From assembly GCA_963726435.1 (NCBI GenBank), contig CAVSCJ010000006.1, positions 124,664 to 188,663 on the forward strand: a DNA stretch of 64,000 nt, given 5' to 3'. A program made the position numbers and the translations under genes. Position 1 is the first letter of the stretch; the number at the start of each line of letters is the position of its first letter. This DNA is from an uncultured Coriobacteriia bacterium (GTDB taxonomy: Bacteria; Actinomycetota; Coriobacteriia; Anaerosomatales; PALSA-660). Below are positions 44,288-54,260 of the stretch, one piece after another. The notes beneath the pieces are model-generated. The model saw only the letters and a program-made list of their open reading frames with translations, made no database searches and had not been told where the DNA came from.

Positions 44288-45229
44288 TTGACAACGGAAT
44301 ATCGGCATACCCCGGTCCTGCTGGCCGAGGTCTTGCACCACCTTTCGCCGCATGAGGGATCGATCGTCGTGGACTGCACCCTGGGGGGAGCAGGTCATGC
44401 GGTCGAGATCGCAGCCAGGATCGCGCCCAAGGGTCTGCTCGTGGGGATCGATCAGGACGACGCAGCCCTCGATGCAGCAGCAGACGCACTACGCCTCGGC
44501 CAGCAGACCAGACTTCTCAAGGGGAACTTCGGCGACTTGGACCGCCTTCTTGTCGAGGCGAGCATCCCCTATGCCGACGGCTTCCTCTTCGACCTGGGGG
44601 TCTCATCCCCCCAGCTTGACGTCGTCGAGCGCGGGTTCTCCTACCGTGGGGACGCACCGCTCGACATGAGGATGGACCCCACCGCGGGCGGAATGACAGC
44701 CGCAGATGTCGTAGCTTCGTATTCGGAGACGGAGCTCGCCCGCGTCATCAGGGGGTACGGGGAGGAACGGTGGGCTTCGCGCATCGCAGCATTCATCGTA
44801 GCCGCGCGAGCCCGCCGCCCCGTCACCACCACCTCCCAGCTGGTCGAGATCGTCAAGGCTGCCGTCCCTGCTTCCGCTCGCAAGGACGGACCGCATCCGG
44901 CGCGACGCACCTTCCAGGCGCTGCGCATCGAGGTCAACCACGAGATCGAGGTGCTCGAGAGGGCGCTCGACACCGCTGTGCGATGGCTGACCCCGGGTGG
45001 GCGGATCGTCGTCATCTCTTACCACTCCCTAGAGGACAGGACGGTCAAGCAGGCGTTCGCGCGGCTGTCGCGGGCCTGCAGCTGTCCGCCAGAACTGCCC
45101 GTGTGCGCGTGCGGGGCCGTGCCGGTAGTCCGGGTGCTAACCCGAAGAGCGGTCACGCCGACGCCTGAGGAAGTGGAGCGCAATCCGCGCTCACGGAGCG
45201 CCAAGCTCCGCGCCGCGGAGAAGTTGTAG
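44288..45229 (+). CDS. rsmH: 16S rRNA (cytosine1402-N4)-methyltransferase
   Basis: TTG start. Motifs are HTPVLLAEVL, DCTLGGAGH and SYHSLEDR. Confidence 0.93.
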   Translation: MTTEYRHTPVLLAEVLHHLSPHEGSIVVDCTLGGAGHAVEIAARIAPKGLLVGIDQDDAALDAAADALRLGQQTRLLKGNFGDLDRLLVEASIPYADGFLFDLGVSSPQLDVVERGFSYRGDAPLDMRMDPTAGGMTAADVVASYSETELARVIRGYGEERWASRIAAFIVAARARRPVTTTSQLVEIVKAAVPASARKDGPHPARRTFQALRIEVNHEIEVLERALDTAVRWLTPGGRIVVISYHSLEDRTVKQAFARLSRACSCPPELPVCACGAVPVVRVLTRRAVTPTPEEVERNPRSRSAKLRAAEKL

Positions 45230-45289
45230 GGCTGGATTCGGTCACCCGGTGACGGGCGCCGACGGCGAAGAGAGGGGAGGTGGACGCGC

Positions 45290-45874
45290 ATGGGCCAACC
45301 GGCACGTCGCATCCAGGCGTCGCAGGCGACCCTGCGCACGCCCCGCCTCCGCCTCGTCGACACGCCGCCGGCGCGCGCCCCGCGTCCCTGTGCGCGCGCT
45401 TCCGCTCACGCGTGCGCGCGCGCGGAAGAGGCCCGCGCCCGATCCGCGTTCACCGCGTTCGTACTGGTCTTCCTGTGCGCGGTCGTTCTGGGCGGGGCGC
45501 GCCTGACCTTCACGACGCGCGCCGCAGAGTACTCGCTGTCGGAGAACAGCCTGTTGGCGGACATCAGACAGCAGCGCGTCACCGTCGACCGGCTCGAGGT
45601 CGATCGCAGCGCACTGTCGACGCCCTCGCGCATAGCGGGGATCGCCTCGGCAACGATGTCTATGGGCGAGCCGCGATCGGTCAACTACGTCGCTGCCTCC
45701 GACATCGCGCCGGCCGGGGAGACTGCTGACGCGTCCGCAGAACCCGTGTCCGCGGCTGGGATGCCGTCCGCTCCGGGGGTCTTCGAGCGGGTGGTCCAGG
45801 CAGTGGTCGAACTGTCGGCCGGCGAGGCCCAGTCGCTCCTCGTCGGCGACCTCGGTCTAGCGGGGTCGCGCTAG
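45290..45874 (+). CDS. ftsL: FtsL-like bitopic cell division protein
   Basis: ATG 45290 with AGGGGAGGTGGA upstream. It has a basic N-terminus, one TM helix (AFVLVFLCAVVLGG) and then a coiled segment. The position between rsmH and ftsI supports the call. Confidence 0.6.
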   Translation: MGQPARRIQASQATLRTPRLRLVDTPPARAPRPCARASAHACARAEEARARSAFTAFVLVFLCAVVLGGARLTFTTRAAEYSLSENSLLADIRQQRVTVDRLEVDRSALSTPSRIAGIASATMSMGEPRSVNYVAASDIAPAGETADASAEPVSAAGMPSAPGVFERVVQAVVELSAGEAQSLLVGDLGLAGSR

Positions 45875-45877
45875 CCG

Positions 45878-47692
45878 ATGTCATCGCGCGCCGGAAAGGG
45901 CGGGGGTGTGGGGCGCAGGCCGCACAGCCGCCCGAGATCGTATCGTCCGGGGGTTCTGCTCGCCTTGCTGCTCGTCATGCTCGGTGTCGTGGCGGGCCGT
46001 CTGACCTACATCCAGATCGTCCAGGCGAAAGACCTGTCGGCCACGGCTTCCCAACAGCGTCTGCGCGACCTGACGCTGCCGCCCAGGCGCGGGTCGGTCT
46101 TCGACCGTGAGGGACAGCCTCTCGCAGTCACGACGGACGCCAAGACGGTCTACGCCGTCCCTTCGCAGGTCAAGGAGGCCACCGCGACCGCCTCCGCGAT
46201 AGCGCGGATCCTGGGCGGTGACAAGGCCTACTACCTCAAGCGCCTCAAGCGGAGCGGGTCCTTCTCCTACCTGGCGCGCAAGGTCGACCTCCCGCGGGCG
46301 GCGGCGCTGGAGAAGCTCGGCATCGACGGGATCTGCTTCATAGACGACTCGCGCCGTACCTACCCCTCCGGTCGCCTCGCGGGGCAGGTGCTCGGGTTCG
46401 TGGGCGTTGACGACACTGGACTCGCCGGCATCGAGAAGCAGTACGACTCCGCTCTCGCGGGGACCGCGGGTCGCATCGTGGCCGAGCGCGACCCGAAGGG
46501 TCACCTGATCCCGGGGAGCATCGTCACGTCAGCGGACCCCATCGACGGACAGGACATCTACCTCACCATCGACAAGGACATCCAGAACCAGGCCGAGATC
46601 GAGCTCGGCAGGGCAGTCAAGAAGTTCGCCGCCAAGGGAGGGACGGTAGTGGTTCTCGACCCGACCACCGGCGAGATCCTCGCGATGGCGTCGACCCCGT
46701 CCTTCGACCCGAACGCGTACGCGACCGCATCGGCCGATTCGATGCGCGCCAAGGCCATAACCGACGTCTACGAGCCCGGCTCCACGATGAAGGCGATGAC
46801 GGCGGCTTCAGTCATAGACAGAGGGCTCTTCACGCCTGAGAGCATGTTCCACCTGCCGTCCACGCTGAAGATCGGCGGCCGCACGATCCACGAGGCGCAC
46901 GCACGCGGGGCGGTCGACTACTCGCTGTCGCAGATCGTGACGAAGTCGAGCAACATCGGAGCCGTGAGGCTCGGGCAGGCGCTCGGCAAGACCATCCTGG
47001 CCGACTACGTGTCGCGCTTCCGTCTCAGCAGGAGGACAGGCGTGGACTTCCCCGGTGAGGCGAGCGGGTGGATGCCTCCGCCTTCACAGTGGTCCGCCTC
47101 CACCATGGGCAATCTGCCGTTCGGGCAGGGACTCTCCGTCACTCCGTTGCAGCTGGCGCGTGCGGTCGCCGCCATAGCGAACGGCGGATCGCTCGTGTCC
47201 CCGCACTTCCTCGCCCGTCAGGGCTCGCTCCCCGCGACCTTCCCCGCTTCCCCCGAACCGGTGATCTCGAAGTCGGCCGCAACGGCCACGACGCGGATGC
47301 TCACCGACGTCGTGCGCGACGGGACCGGCAGCGCCGCCGCGGTCGCGCACTACGAGGTGGCCGGGAAGACCGGCACCGCCCAGAAGGCGCGTGTCGGTGG
47401 CGTCGGCTACATGAAGGGCGTGTACGTGTCGTCGTTCGTCGGCTACCTGCCGGCCAGCGCTCCTCGGGTGCTGATCGTGGTCACGATCGACTCGCCCAGC
47501 AAGGGGCTGTACGGGGGTACCGTCGCCGCCCCGGCCTTCGCCCACCTGGCCCGGTTCTGCGTAGATCACCTGAAGATAGCTCCGGCTCCGTCGGTGGGTC
47601 CGGTAGCGGGGTCGGCAGCGGGATCTTCGCAGGTCGGCAACGAACGGGCGTCGAAGGCGCGCGAAACGACGAGAATCGCTGGTACCGAGTAG
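45878..47692 (+). CDS. ftsI: Penicillin-binding protein 2x/FtsI-type transpeptidase
   Basis: 604 aa with an N-terminal TM helix, a PBP dimerisation domain, and SxxK (GSTMKAM), SxN (KSSNIG) and KTG (GKTGTAQ) motifs. Confidence 0.9.
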   Translation: MSSRAGKGGGVGRRPHSRPRSYRPGVLLALLLVMLGVVAGRLTYIQIVQAKDLSATASQQRLRDLTLPPRRGSVFDREGQPLAVTTDAKTVYAVPSQVKEATATASAIARILGGDKAYYLKRLKRSGSFSYLARKVDLPRAAALEKLGIDGICFIDDSRRTYPSGRLAGQVLGFVGVDDTGLAGIEKQYDSALAGTAGRIVAERDPKGHLIPGSIVTSADPIDGQDIYLTIDKDIQNQAEIELGRAVKKFAAKGGTVVVLDPTTGEILAMASTPSFDPNAYATASADSMRAKAITDVYEPGSTMKAMTAASVIDRGLFTPESMFHLPSTLKIGGRTIHEAHARGAVDYSLSQIVTKSSNIGAVRLGQALGKTILADYVSRFRLSRRTGVDFPGEASGWMPPPSQWSASTMGNLPFGQGLSVTPLQLARAVAAIANGGSLVSPHFLARQGSLPATFPASPEPVISKSAATATTRMLTDVVRDGTGSAAAVAHYEVAGKTGTAQKARVGGVGYMKGVYVSSFVGYLPASAPRVLIVVTIDSPSKGLYGGTVAAPAFAHLARFCVDHLKIAPAPSVGPVAGSAAGSSQVGNERASKARETTRIAGTE

Positions 47693-47730
47693 AGAACACA
47701 CCCGACCACAGGTTAGGACAGAAGAAGGCC

Positions 47731-49179
47731 GTGACCGCGCTCTCCGAACTGCTCGAAGGTACCCCGGCCTGCGGTCCGGCGGGTCTGTCCACCGCTGTCA
47801 CGGGTGTCGCGTACTCCTCAGGCTCTGTCGAGCCCGGCGACGCCTTCTTCTGCATCCCGGGATTCCGCCACGACGGGCACGAGTTCGCTCCTGATGCGGT
47901 AGCGCGCGGTGCGGCGGTCGCGGTCGCCACGAGAGAGTTGCCGGGTCTCTCGGCGCCCGTCGTTCTGGTCGACGACACGCGGGTCGCGCTCGCCGTTGCT
48001 TCCGCACATCTGTTCGGCGATCCGTCGGCCCGGCTCGAGGTCGTCGGCATCACCGGAACGAACGGCAAGACGACCACCACCTATCTTCTGGATTCGATCC
48101 TGCGCGCCTCGGGGCGCGTCACGGGACTGATAGGCACCGTGGGGACGCGGATCGGCGACGAAAGACTGCCCGCGTCACGCACGACGCCCGAGTCGCGCGA
48201 CCTGCAGGAGTTGCTCGCGCGCATGGTGGATGCCGGAGTCTCGGGCGTCTCGATGGAGGTCTCCTCGCATGCGATCGACCTGCATCGCGTCGACGCTGTG
48301 CGCTTCGCGGTGGCGGCGTTCACGAACCTGAGCCAGGACCACCTGGACTATCACGCGACGATGGAGGAGTACTTCAGTGTGAAGTCGCGGCTCATGGCGA
48401 TGGTGGATCCGCAGCGGCGCGTGGTCGACATCGACGATCCTCACGGCCTGTTCCTGACCGGGCAGATGCCCGTGACGTGGACGGTCGGCATGTCGCCGGG
48501 CGCCATGGTCCGGGCCGAGGACGTTGTACTCCGCCCCGGCGGTAGCCGGTTCGATCTGGTGACCACGGCAGGCGCGGCGCGGGTAGAGCTTCCCCTGGCC
48601 GGTACGTTCAACGTGAGCAATGCCCTGGTGGCGGCTGGCTGCGCGCTCGCGCTCGGGATCGGGCTCGACGTCGTCGCGCGCGGACTGGGGAGTGCGCCTC
48701 AGGTGCCTGGTCGGCTGGAGCGCATCGAAGCCGGGCAGGACTTCTCCGTCCTGGTCGACTATGCGCACACCCCCGACGGGCTCGCGAAGGCGATCGCGGC
48801 CGTGCGCTCCGTCGCTCCGGGCCGCGTCATCACCGTCTTCGGGTGCGGTGGCGACAGGGATCCCGACAAGCGTCCGCTGATGGGACGGGTCGCCGGCGAA
48901 CTCTCGGACGTGGCGGTCGTGACGACCGACAACCCGCGATCCGAGGACCCGGTCGGCATCGTCCTGCAGGTGCGGGACGGGCTCGAGTCCACGCCTTCAG
49001 AGCAGCACACCGAGCTCGACCGGCGCGCGGCCATCGCGCTCGCGCTGAGTCTCGCCCGGACCGGAGACGCCGTGCTCATCGCCGGCAAGGGGCACGAGGA
49101 CTACCAGATCCTCTCCGACAGGACGATCCACTTCGACGACCGGGAGGTCGCGTTGGAGGAGCTGGCGAAGCGATGGTGA
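47731..49179 (+). CDS. murE: UDP-N-acetylmuramoyl-L-alanyl-D-glutamate--2,6-diaminopimelate (or L-Lys) ligase
   Basis: GTG 47731 with GAAGAAGG upstream. Motifs are GITGTNGKTTT and DNPRSEDP. Confidence 0.9.
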   Translation: MTALSELLEGTPACGPAGLSTAVTGVAYSSGSVEPGDAFFCIPGFRHDGHEFAPDAVARGAAVAVATRELPGLSAPVVLVDDTRVALAVASAHLFGDPSARLEVVGITGTNGKTTTTYLLDSILRASGRVTGLIGTVGTRIGDERLPASRTTPESRDLQELLARMVDAGVSGVSMEVSSHAIDLHRVDAVRFAVAAFTNLSQDHLDYHATMEEYFSVKSRLMAMVDPQRRVVDIDDPHGLFLTGQMPVTWTVGMSPGAMVRAEDVVLRPGGSRFDLVTTAGAARVELPLAGTFNVSNALVAAGCALALGIGLDVVARGLGSAPQVPGRLERIEAGQDFSVLVDYAHTPDGLAKAIAAVRSVAPGRVITVFGCGGDRDPDKRPLMGRVAGELSDVAVVTTDNPRSEDPVGIVLQVRDGLESTPSEQHTELDRRAAIALALSLARTGDAVLIAGKGHEDYQILSDRTIHFDDREVALEELAKRW

Positions 49180-50585
49180 CGATGTCGGCAGCCCGGCTCG
49201 CCGAGCTCACCGGCGGCACGATCGTCGCCGGCAGCCGCGATGCCGTCTTCACCGGTGTCGGCATAGACTCGCGCACCCTGGCGCCGGGCAGCGCGTACCT
49301 CGCCTTGCCGGGCGAGCGTTCCGACGGGCACGTCTGGGTGCCGGCCGCTCTGCGGGCAGGCGCCAAAGCGGCGGTGGTCTCGCGCTGGGACGAAGAGGCC
49401 GCGGCGAACGTCGCGGAGACGTCTCGAGGCGAGGCGGCGGTCGTCCTTGTGCCGGACGTCGCCGCAGCGCTCCGCGCACTCGCGACCGCGCACCGCGCTG
49501 CGCTGCGCTGCCCTGTCGTGGGGATCACCGGATCGACGGGGAAGACGGGCACGAAGGACTTCATCGCCGCGGCGCTGTCGGTGGGCCGCGATGTGGTCGC
49601 TACGCGCGGCAACCGAAACAACGACCTCGGCGTCCCGCTGACCCTTCTCGAGGCGGACAACGTCACCGACGTCCTCGTGGTCGAGATGGGGATGCGTCGC
49701 GAGAGGGAGATCGCGGCCCTGTGCACGATGGTCCGCCCGACTCTGGGTGTGGTCACGAACATCGGTCAGACGCATATCGAGGTCCTCGGGACCCAGGACG
49801 CCATCGCGAGGGCGAAGGGCGAGCTCGTCGAGTGCGTACCGGCCAGCGGGATGGTCTTCCTCAACGGCGACGACGAGTGGTCGCGGGCGCTGCAGCGAAG
49901 GGCCTCCGCGCCCATCACTTGGTACGGGCTCTCCGAGGGAGTGGACGTACGCGCCACCGACATAGAAGTCGACGACGGAGGCAGACCTACTCTGACGCTC
50001 GTGGCCGGAGCCGAGAAGGTCCGCGCGACGTTGCCGATCCCCGGAAGACACAACGCCTACAACGCCGCGGCTGCTGCCGCCGTGGCTATCCATCTCGGCG
50101 CGACACTGGACGAGGTCGCGGCGGGGCTGGCCACCGCCATCACCACGGACATGCGGATGCAGGTATTCACGGCGGCCGGCGGCGTCACGGTCATCAACGA
50201 CGCATACAATGCGAGCCCCGTCTCGATGCGCGCAGCACTGGCCGCGTTGGCCGACATGCGGGCGCCGGGCAGGCGCATCGCGGTGCTCGGCGACATGGCC
50301 GAGCTCGGCTCGCTGACGGAACTGGCGCACTTCTCACTGGGCGAGGTCGTCGCCTGCTCGAAGATAGACGTCCTCGTCACGGTCGGGGAGCGCGCGCAGC
50401 GGATCGCGGACGGTGCACTCGCCGAGGGTATGCGGCTCTCCTCCGTCCGCCCCTGCGCGCGCGTCCAGGAGGCCTCGGAAGTGCTCGACGACCTCCTCGC
50501 ACCGGGGGACGTCGTCCTGGTGAAGGCGTCGAGATGCATGGAGCTGGAGCGGATCGTCGAAGGGATTCTGAAGCCGCATGTCTAG
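49173..50585 (+). CDS. murF: UDP-N-acetylmuramoyl-tripeptide--D-alanyl-D-alanine ligase
   Basis: ATG 49173 overlaps the murE stop. Motif GITGSTGKTGTK, about 470 aa. Confidence 0.9.
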   Translation: MVTMSAARLAELTGGTIVAGSRDAVFTGVGIDSRTLAPGSAYLALPGERSDGHVWVPAALRAGAKAAVVSRWDEEAAANVAETSRGEAAVVLVPDVAAALRALATAHRAALRCPVVGITGSTGKTGTKDFIAAALSVGRDVVATRGNRNNDLGVPLTLLEADNVTDVLVVEMGMRREREIAALCTMVRPTLGVVTNIGQTHIEVLGTQDAIARAKGELVECVPASGMVFLNGDDEWSRALQRRASAPITWYGLSEGVDVRATDIEVDDGGRPTLTLVAGAEKVRATLPIPGRHNAYNAAAAAAVAIHLGATLDEVAAGLATAITTDMRMQVFTAAGGVTVINDAYNASPVSMRAALAALADMRAPGRRIAVLGDMAELGSLTELAHFSLGEVVACSKIDVLVTVGERAQRIADGALAEGMRLSSVRPCARVQEASEVLDDLLAPGDVVLVKASRCMELERIVEGILKPHV

Positions 50586-51642
50586 CATCAACCTGCTGCA
50601 GATAGGGCGCTATCCGACGTATCAGGTGTTCCTGGTGATGGTCGTGGCGCTCGCGGCGGCGGCGCTCCTCTTCCCGTTGTGGATCCGTCTGGTGAGGTAC
50701 CGCAACATCGGGCAGCAGGTGCGCGCCGACGGCCCTCAGGGCCACCTCGTCAAGCAGGGCACGCCGACGATGGGCGGCGTGCTCATCATGCTCGTGGTGA
50801 CCGCTGTCTACCTGCTGTTCGGCACCGTCGACCGTCCGAGCCTCCTCGTGCTCGGGTCGATGCTCGCATGCGCGCTGCTCGGGTTCGTCGACGACTACGG
50901 CAAGGTGGTCAAGGAGCGCTCGCTGGGTCTGACCGCGACGGCCAAGATCGTGTGGCAATCGGTCATCTCGATCGTGGTCGGGCTCCTGGCCGTGAACTGG
51001 GCCGGGGTGTCCACGAACGTGACGCTGCCCCTCCTCGGGGGTTCTCTCGACCTGGGCCTTCTCACCTCGACGGTCATCGTCGGCGGCTTCGCGGTCGTCG
51101 TGCCATGGCTCTACGTACTCCTGGTGGCGGTGATGGTCGTCGCCGCCAGCAATACCGTGAACCTCACCGACGGCCTCGACGGCCTGGCTGCCGGGACCGT
51201 CCTGATAGTGATGATCGCGTTCGCGGCCATCGCGTTCCGCCAGAACCACCTGCCGATCTCGCTCCTGGGTGCGGCGGTCGCCGGCGCGTGCATCGGGTTC
51301 CTCTGGTACAACGCCTATCCCGCCGACATCTTCATGGGCGACACAGGCTCTCTCGGCCTCGGCGCTGCGGTTGCCACGATGGCCGTTGTCACCAAGACCG
51401 AGCTGCTGCTCCCGCTGCTCGGCGGGATCTACGTCATCGAGGGCGCCTCGGTGATCCTGCAGGTCCTCTCATACAAGATGACCAAGAAGCGGATCTTCCG
51501 CATGGCGCCGATCCACCACCACTTCGAGATGAAGGGCTGGAGCGAGACGAAGATCATGGTCCGGTTCTGGATCGTGACCGGGGTGCTCGCGGGCGCGGGT
51601 TTCGCCTTGTGGTTCATCTCCAGCCTCGGGAAGGCGGGGTAG
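50578..51642 (+). CDS. mraY: Phospho-N-acetylmuramoyl-pentapeptide transferase
   Basis: 354 aa with GTPTMGG, NLTDGLDGLA, MGDTGSLGLG and HHHFE motifs. Confidence 0.95.
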   Translation: MSSINLLQIGRYPTYQVFLVMVVALAAAALLFPLWIRLVRYRNIGQQVRADGPQGHLVKQGTPTMGGVLIMLVVTAVYLLFGTVDRPSLLVLGSMLACALLGFVDDYGKVVKERSLGLTATAKIVWQSVISIVVGLLAVNWAGVSTNVTLPLLGGSLDLGLLTSTVIVGGFAVVVPWLYVLLVAVMVVAASNTVNLTDGLDGLAAGTVLIVMIAFAAIAFRQNHLPISLLGAAVAGACIGFLWYNAYPADIFMGDTGSLGLGAAVATMAVVTKTELLLPLLGGIYVIEGASVILQVLSYKMTKKRIFRMAPIHHHFEMKGWSETKIMVRFWIVTGVLAGAGFALWFISSLGKAG

Positions 51643-51644
51643 CG

Positions 51645-53021
51645 TTGGACCGCAAGGTTCAGAGGATCGCCGTGCTAGGACTGGGCCGCAGCGGCGACGC
51701 TGTCGTCCACTGGGCGCTGGCACGTCCGGGTTCGACACCGGACGACGTCGCGGTCTTCGTCGAGTACGACACACCCCGGCTGGCCGAGTCGGCGCAGTCC
51801 CTCCGAGACGCCGGCGTGCGGGTCGAGTTGGGCGCCGAACAGCTGCCCCGCGGTGACTGGGACTTGATAGTCGCGAGCCCGGGCATCTCGCCCTCGCGTC
51901 CGCTCATGCGCTCGGCCGCGCGCGCGGGCGCGCCTGTGATCTCCGAACTCGAGCTTGCATTCCGCATCTCGTGCGCGCCGTGGGTCGCGGTGACTGGGAC
52001 GAACGGGAAGACGACCACCACGGCGCTCGTCACCCACCTTCTGCGAGAGGAGGGTCGCGACGCGGTCTCCGTCGGCAACATCGGGGTGCCGGCCGTGGCG
52101 ACCGCGCCAGCCGTCGGCTCGGACGGCGTCGTCGTGGCGGAGTGCTCCTCCTTCCAGCTTGCGTCCACCGCGGGATTCCGTCCCAGGGTCGCGATCCTTC
52201 TCAACATCACGCCGGACCATACCGACTGGCACGGCTCGCTCGAAACGTACGCGTCGGACAAGGCGAAGGTCTTTGCGAACATGACCGGCGACGACGTCGC
52301 CGTCATCGACGTCGACGACCCCGGCTCCGCAGCGTGGGCCGCCTTCGAGGCCGATAGTGGAGTGCGAGTCGTGCGGGTCGGCCTCTCGGGCGGGGACGCG
52401 CGCTTGGAGGATGGCCTGCTGGTCGTGGACGTGGGGAACGGCGACGTGCCCCTGGTCCGCACAGACGAGCTGCTGATCCGTGGCGTTCACAACGTCTCGA
52501 ACGCACTCGCCGCCTCTGCTGCAGCGCTTGCGATGGGCGCCTCGCCGGAGGCGGTGCGGGCGGGACTCCGGACGTTCGAGCCGATCGAGCATCGCCTCGA
52601 CCCGGTGGCCACCGTCCGCGGCGTGGAGTACGTCAACGACTCGAAAGCCACCAATCCAGATGCCGTGCTGAAAGCCCTGACCGCCTTCGGCTCGAGTCCG
52701 CTGCTGATCCTGCTGGGCGGGCGCAACAAGGGCAACGACTTCGGTCCTTTGGCTGAGGCGTGCGCAGCTCGCTGCCGCCTCGCCGTCCTCTACGGCGAAT
52801 CCCGCCGCGAGATGGAGACGGCCTTCTCGGCCGCCGACGCTCCGTTCATAGGGGCCGATGCCATGGCCGAGGCGCTGGCTGCCGCGGCCGGGGCCGCGCT
52901 CCCCGGCGATGTGGTCCTGCTGTCGCCGGCTTGCGCCAGCTTCGATGAGTTCGAGGACTACGAGGATCGGGGCCGCAAGTTCGCGGATGCCGTGGCGCGC
53001 ATGGCTGAGGAGACTCGGTGA
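51645..53021 (+). CDS. murD: UDP-N-acetylmuramoylalanine--D-glutamate ligase
   Basis: TTG 51645. Motifs are VLGLGRSG and VTGTNGKTTTT. Confidence 0.9.
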   Translation: MDRKVQRIAVLGLGRSGDAVVHWALARPGSTPDDVAVFVEYDTPRLAESAQSLRDAGVRVELGAEQLPRGDWDLIVASPGISPSRPLMRSAARAGAPVISELELAFRISCAPWVAVTGTNGKTTTTALVTHLLREEGRDAVSVGNIGVPAVATAPAVGSDGVVVAECSSFQLASTAGFRPRVAILLNITPDHTDWHGSLETYASDKAKVFANMTGDDVAVIDVDDPGSAAWAAFEADSGVRVVRVGLSGGDARLEDGLLVVDVGNGDVPLVRTDELLIRGVHNVSNALAASAAALAMGASPEAVRAGLRTFEPIEHRLDPVATVRGVEYVNDSKATNPDAVLKALTAFGSSPLLILLGGRNKGNDFGPLAEACAARCRLAVLYGESRREMETAFSAADAPFIGADAMAEALAAAAGAALPGDVVLLSPACASFDEFEDYEDRGRKFADAVARMAEETR

Positions 53022-54260
53022 GGATCCAGGGCGCGAGGCTGGATCCGGGTGCGCGCTACCTGCTCCTGGGCGCCACGGTCTTCCTTGCCTTCGGCGGGTT
53101 GCTCATGATCTACTCCGCCTCCTCGGCGGCCGACTTCGTCGCTTTCGGAGACAGCGCGCTATCACGTCAAGCGCCAAGCGATCTTCTTGGCCCTGGGCGT
53201 CGTCGCCCTCCTGATCGCGTCGCGGCTGAACGCGCCGATCATCCGGAGCATAGGGATATGGCTGCTCGTGGCCGCAGACGGCATGCTGGTGGCCGTGCTG
53301 ATCATGGGAGTCGGCAAGTTCGGCTCCGTGAGGGCGCTCGACATCGGCATCACGACGATCCAGCCAGCCGAGATCGCCAGGCTCGGGTGCGTTCTGGTGA
53401 TGGCCGATCTCTTCGCCGACCGCGTGCGGCATCCGCGGCCGGTGAAGGACGACCTGCTGAAGATCGCCCTCATCGCTGTCGTGCCGTTCGTGTTGGTCAT
53501 GTTGCAGCCCGACATGGGCGCCGCGATCTCGATCCTGATCGCCGTCTTCTTCACTCTGGTGCTCGGAGGGCTCCCCGGGAAGTGGATCGCGTGGATCGTC
53601 GGGCCGGTCGTCGCGGGGCTTGCCGCGCTCGTTCCGCTGGCCATGTACCGGTCGGACCGCATAGCGGCGTGGCTGAACCCCGCCAGGGACCCGCTGGGCA
53701 GCGGGTACCAGATCCTGCAGGCGGGTCTGGCCTTCGGCTCGGGCGGGATCCTGGGTCTCGGTCTCGGTATGTCGAGGCAGAAGTTCTTCTACCTCCCGGC
53801 CGCGCACACGGACTTCATCTTCGCGATAATCGGCGAGGAGCTGGGGCTTGTCGGGGCTCTATCCGTCGTCGTCGCGTTCGGTCTGTTCTGTTTCGCGGGG
53901 ATCCGCATCGCTCTCGCTGCCAAGGACCCGTATGCCCGCACGGTGGCCGGCGGCCTGACGATCACGATCGTGGCCCAAGCGTTGTTGAACATGGCCTCGG
54001 TGACGGGCCTCATGCCGGTCGCCGGGGAGCCGCTGCCTTTGGTGAGCTATGGTGGCTCGTCGCTGCTCTTCACCATGGGCGGTGTCGGACTTATCCTTGC
54101 CATGACCCGCGTAGGTGCACGGGAGCCGTCCCGTGTGCTCCCGCATGCGACCGGACAGGAAGGGAGCGACAGTGCGCGTTCTGGTGAGCGGAGGGGGTAC
54201 GGCAGGCCACGTCTATCCGGCATTGACGGTGGCCGCGCTGGTGTCAGCCGACGCTCGTGA
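53018..54260 (+). CDS. ftsW: Cell division glycosyltransferase FtsW (SEDS family), interrupted by a frameshift near 53157
   Basis: GTG 53018 (GTGA overlap with murD) gives LLLGATVFLAFGGLLMIYSASSAADFVAFGDSA. The family sequence continues in the next frame from 53157 (RYHVKRQAIFLALGVVALLIA ... QPAEIARL ... PDMGAAI ... HTDFIFAIIGEELG ... PLVSYGGSS). Confidence 0.85.
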
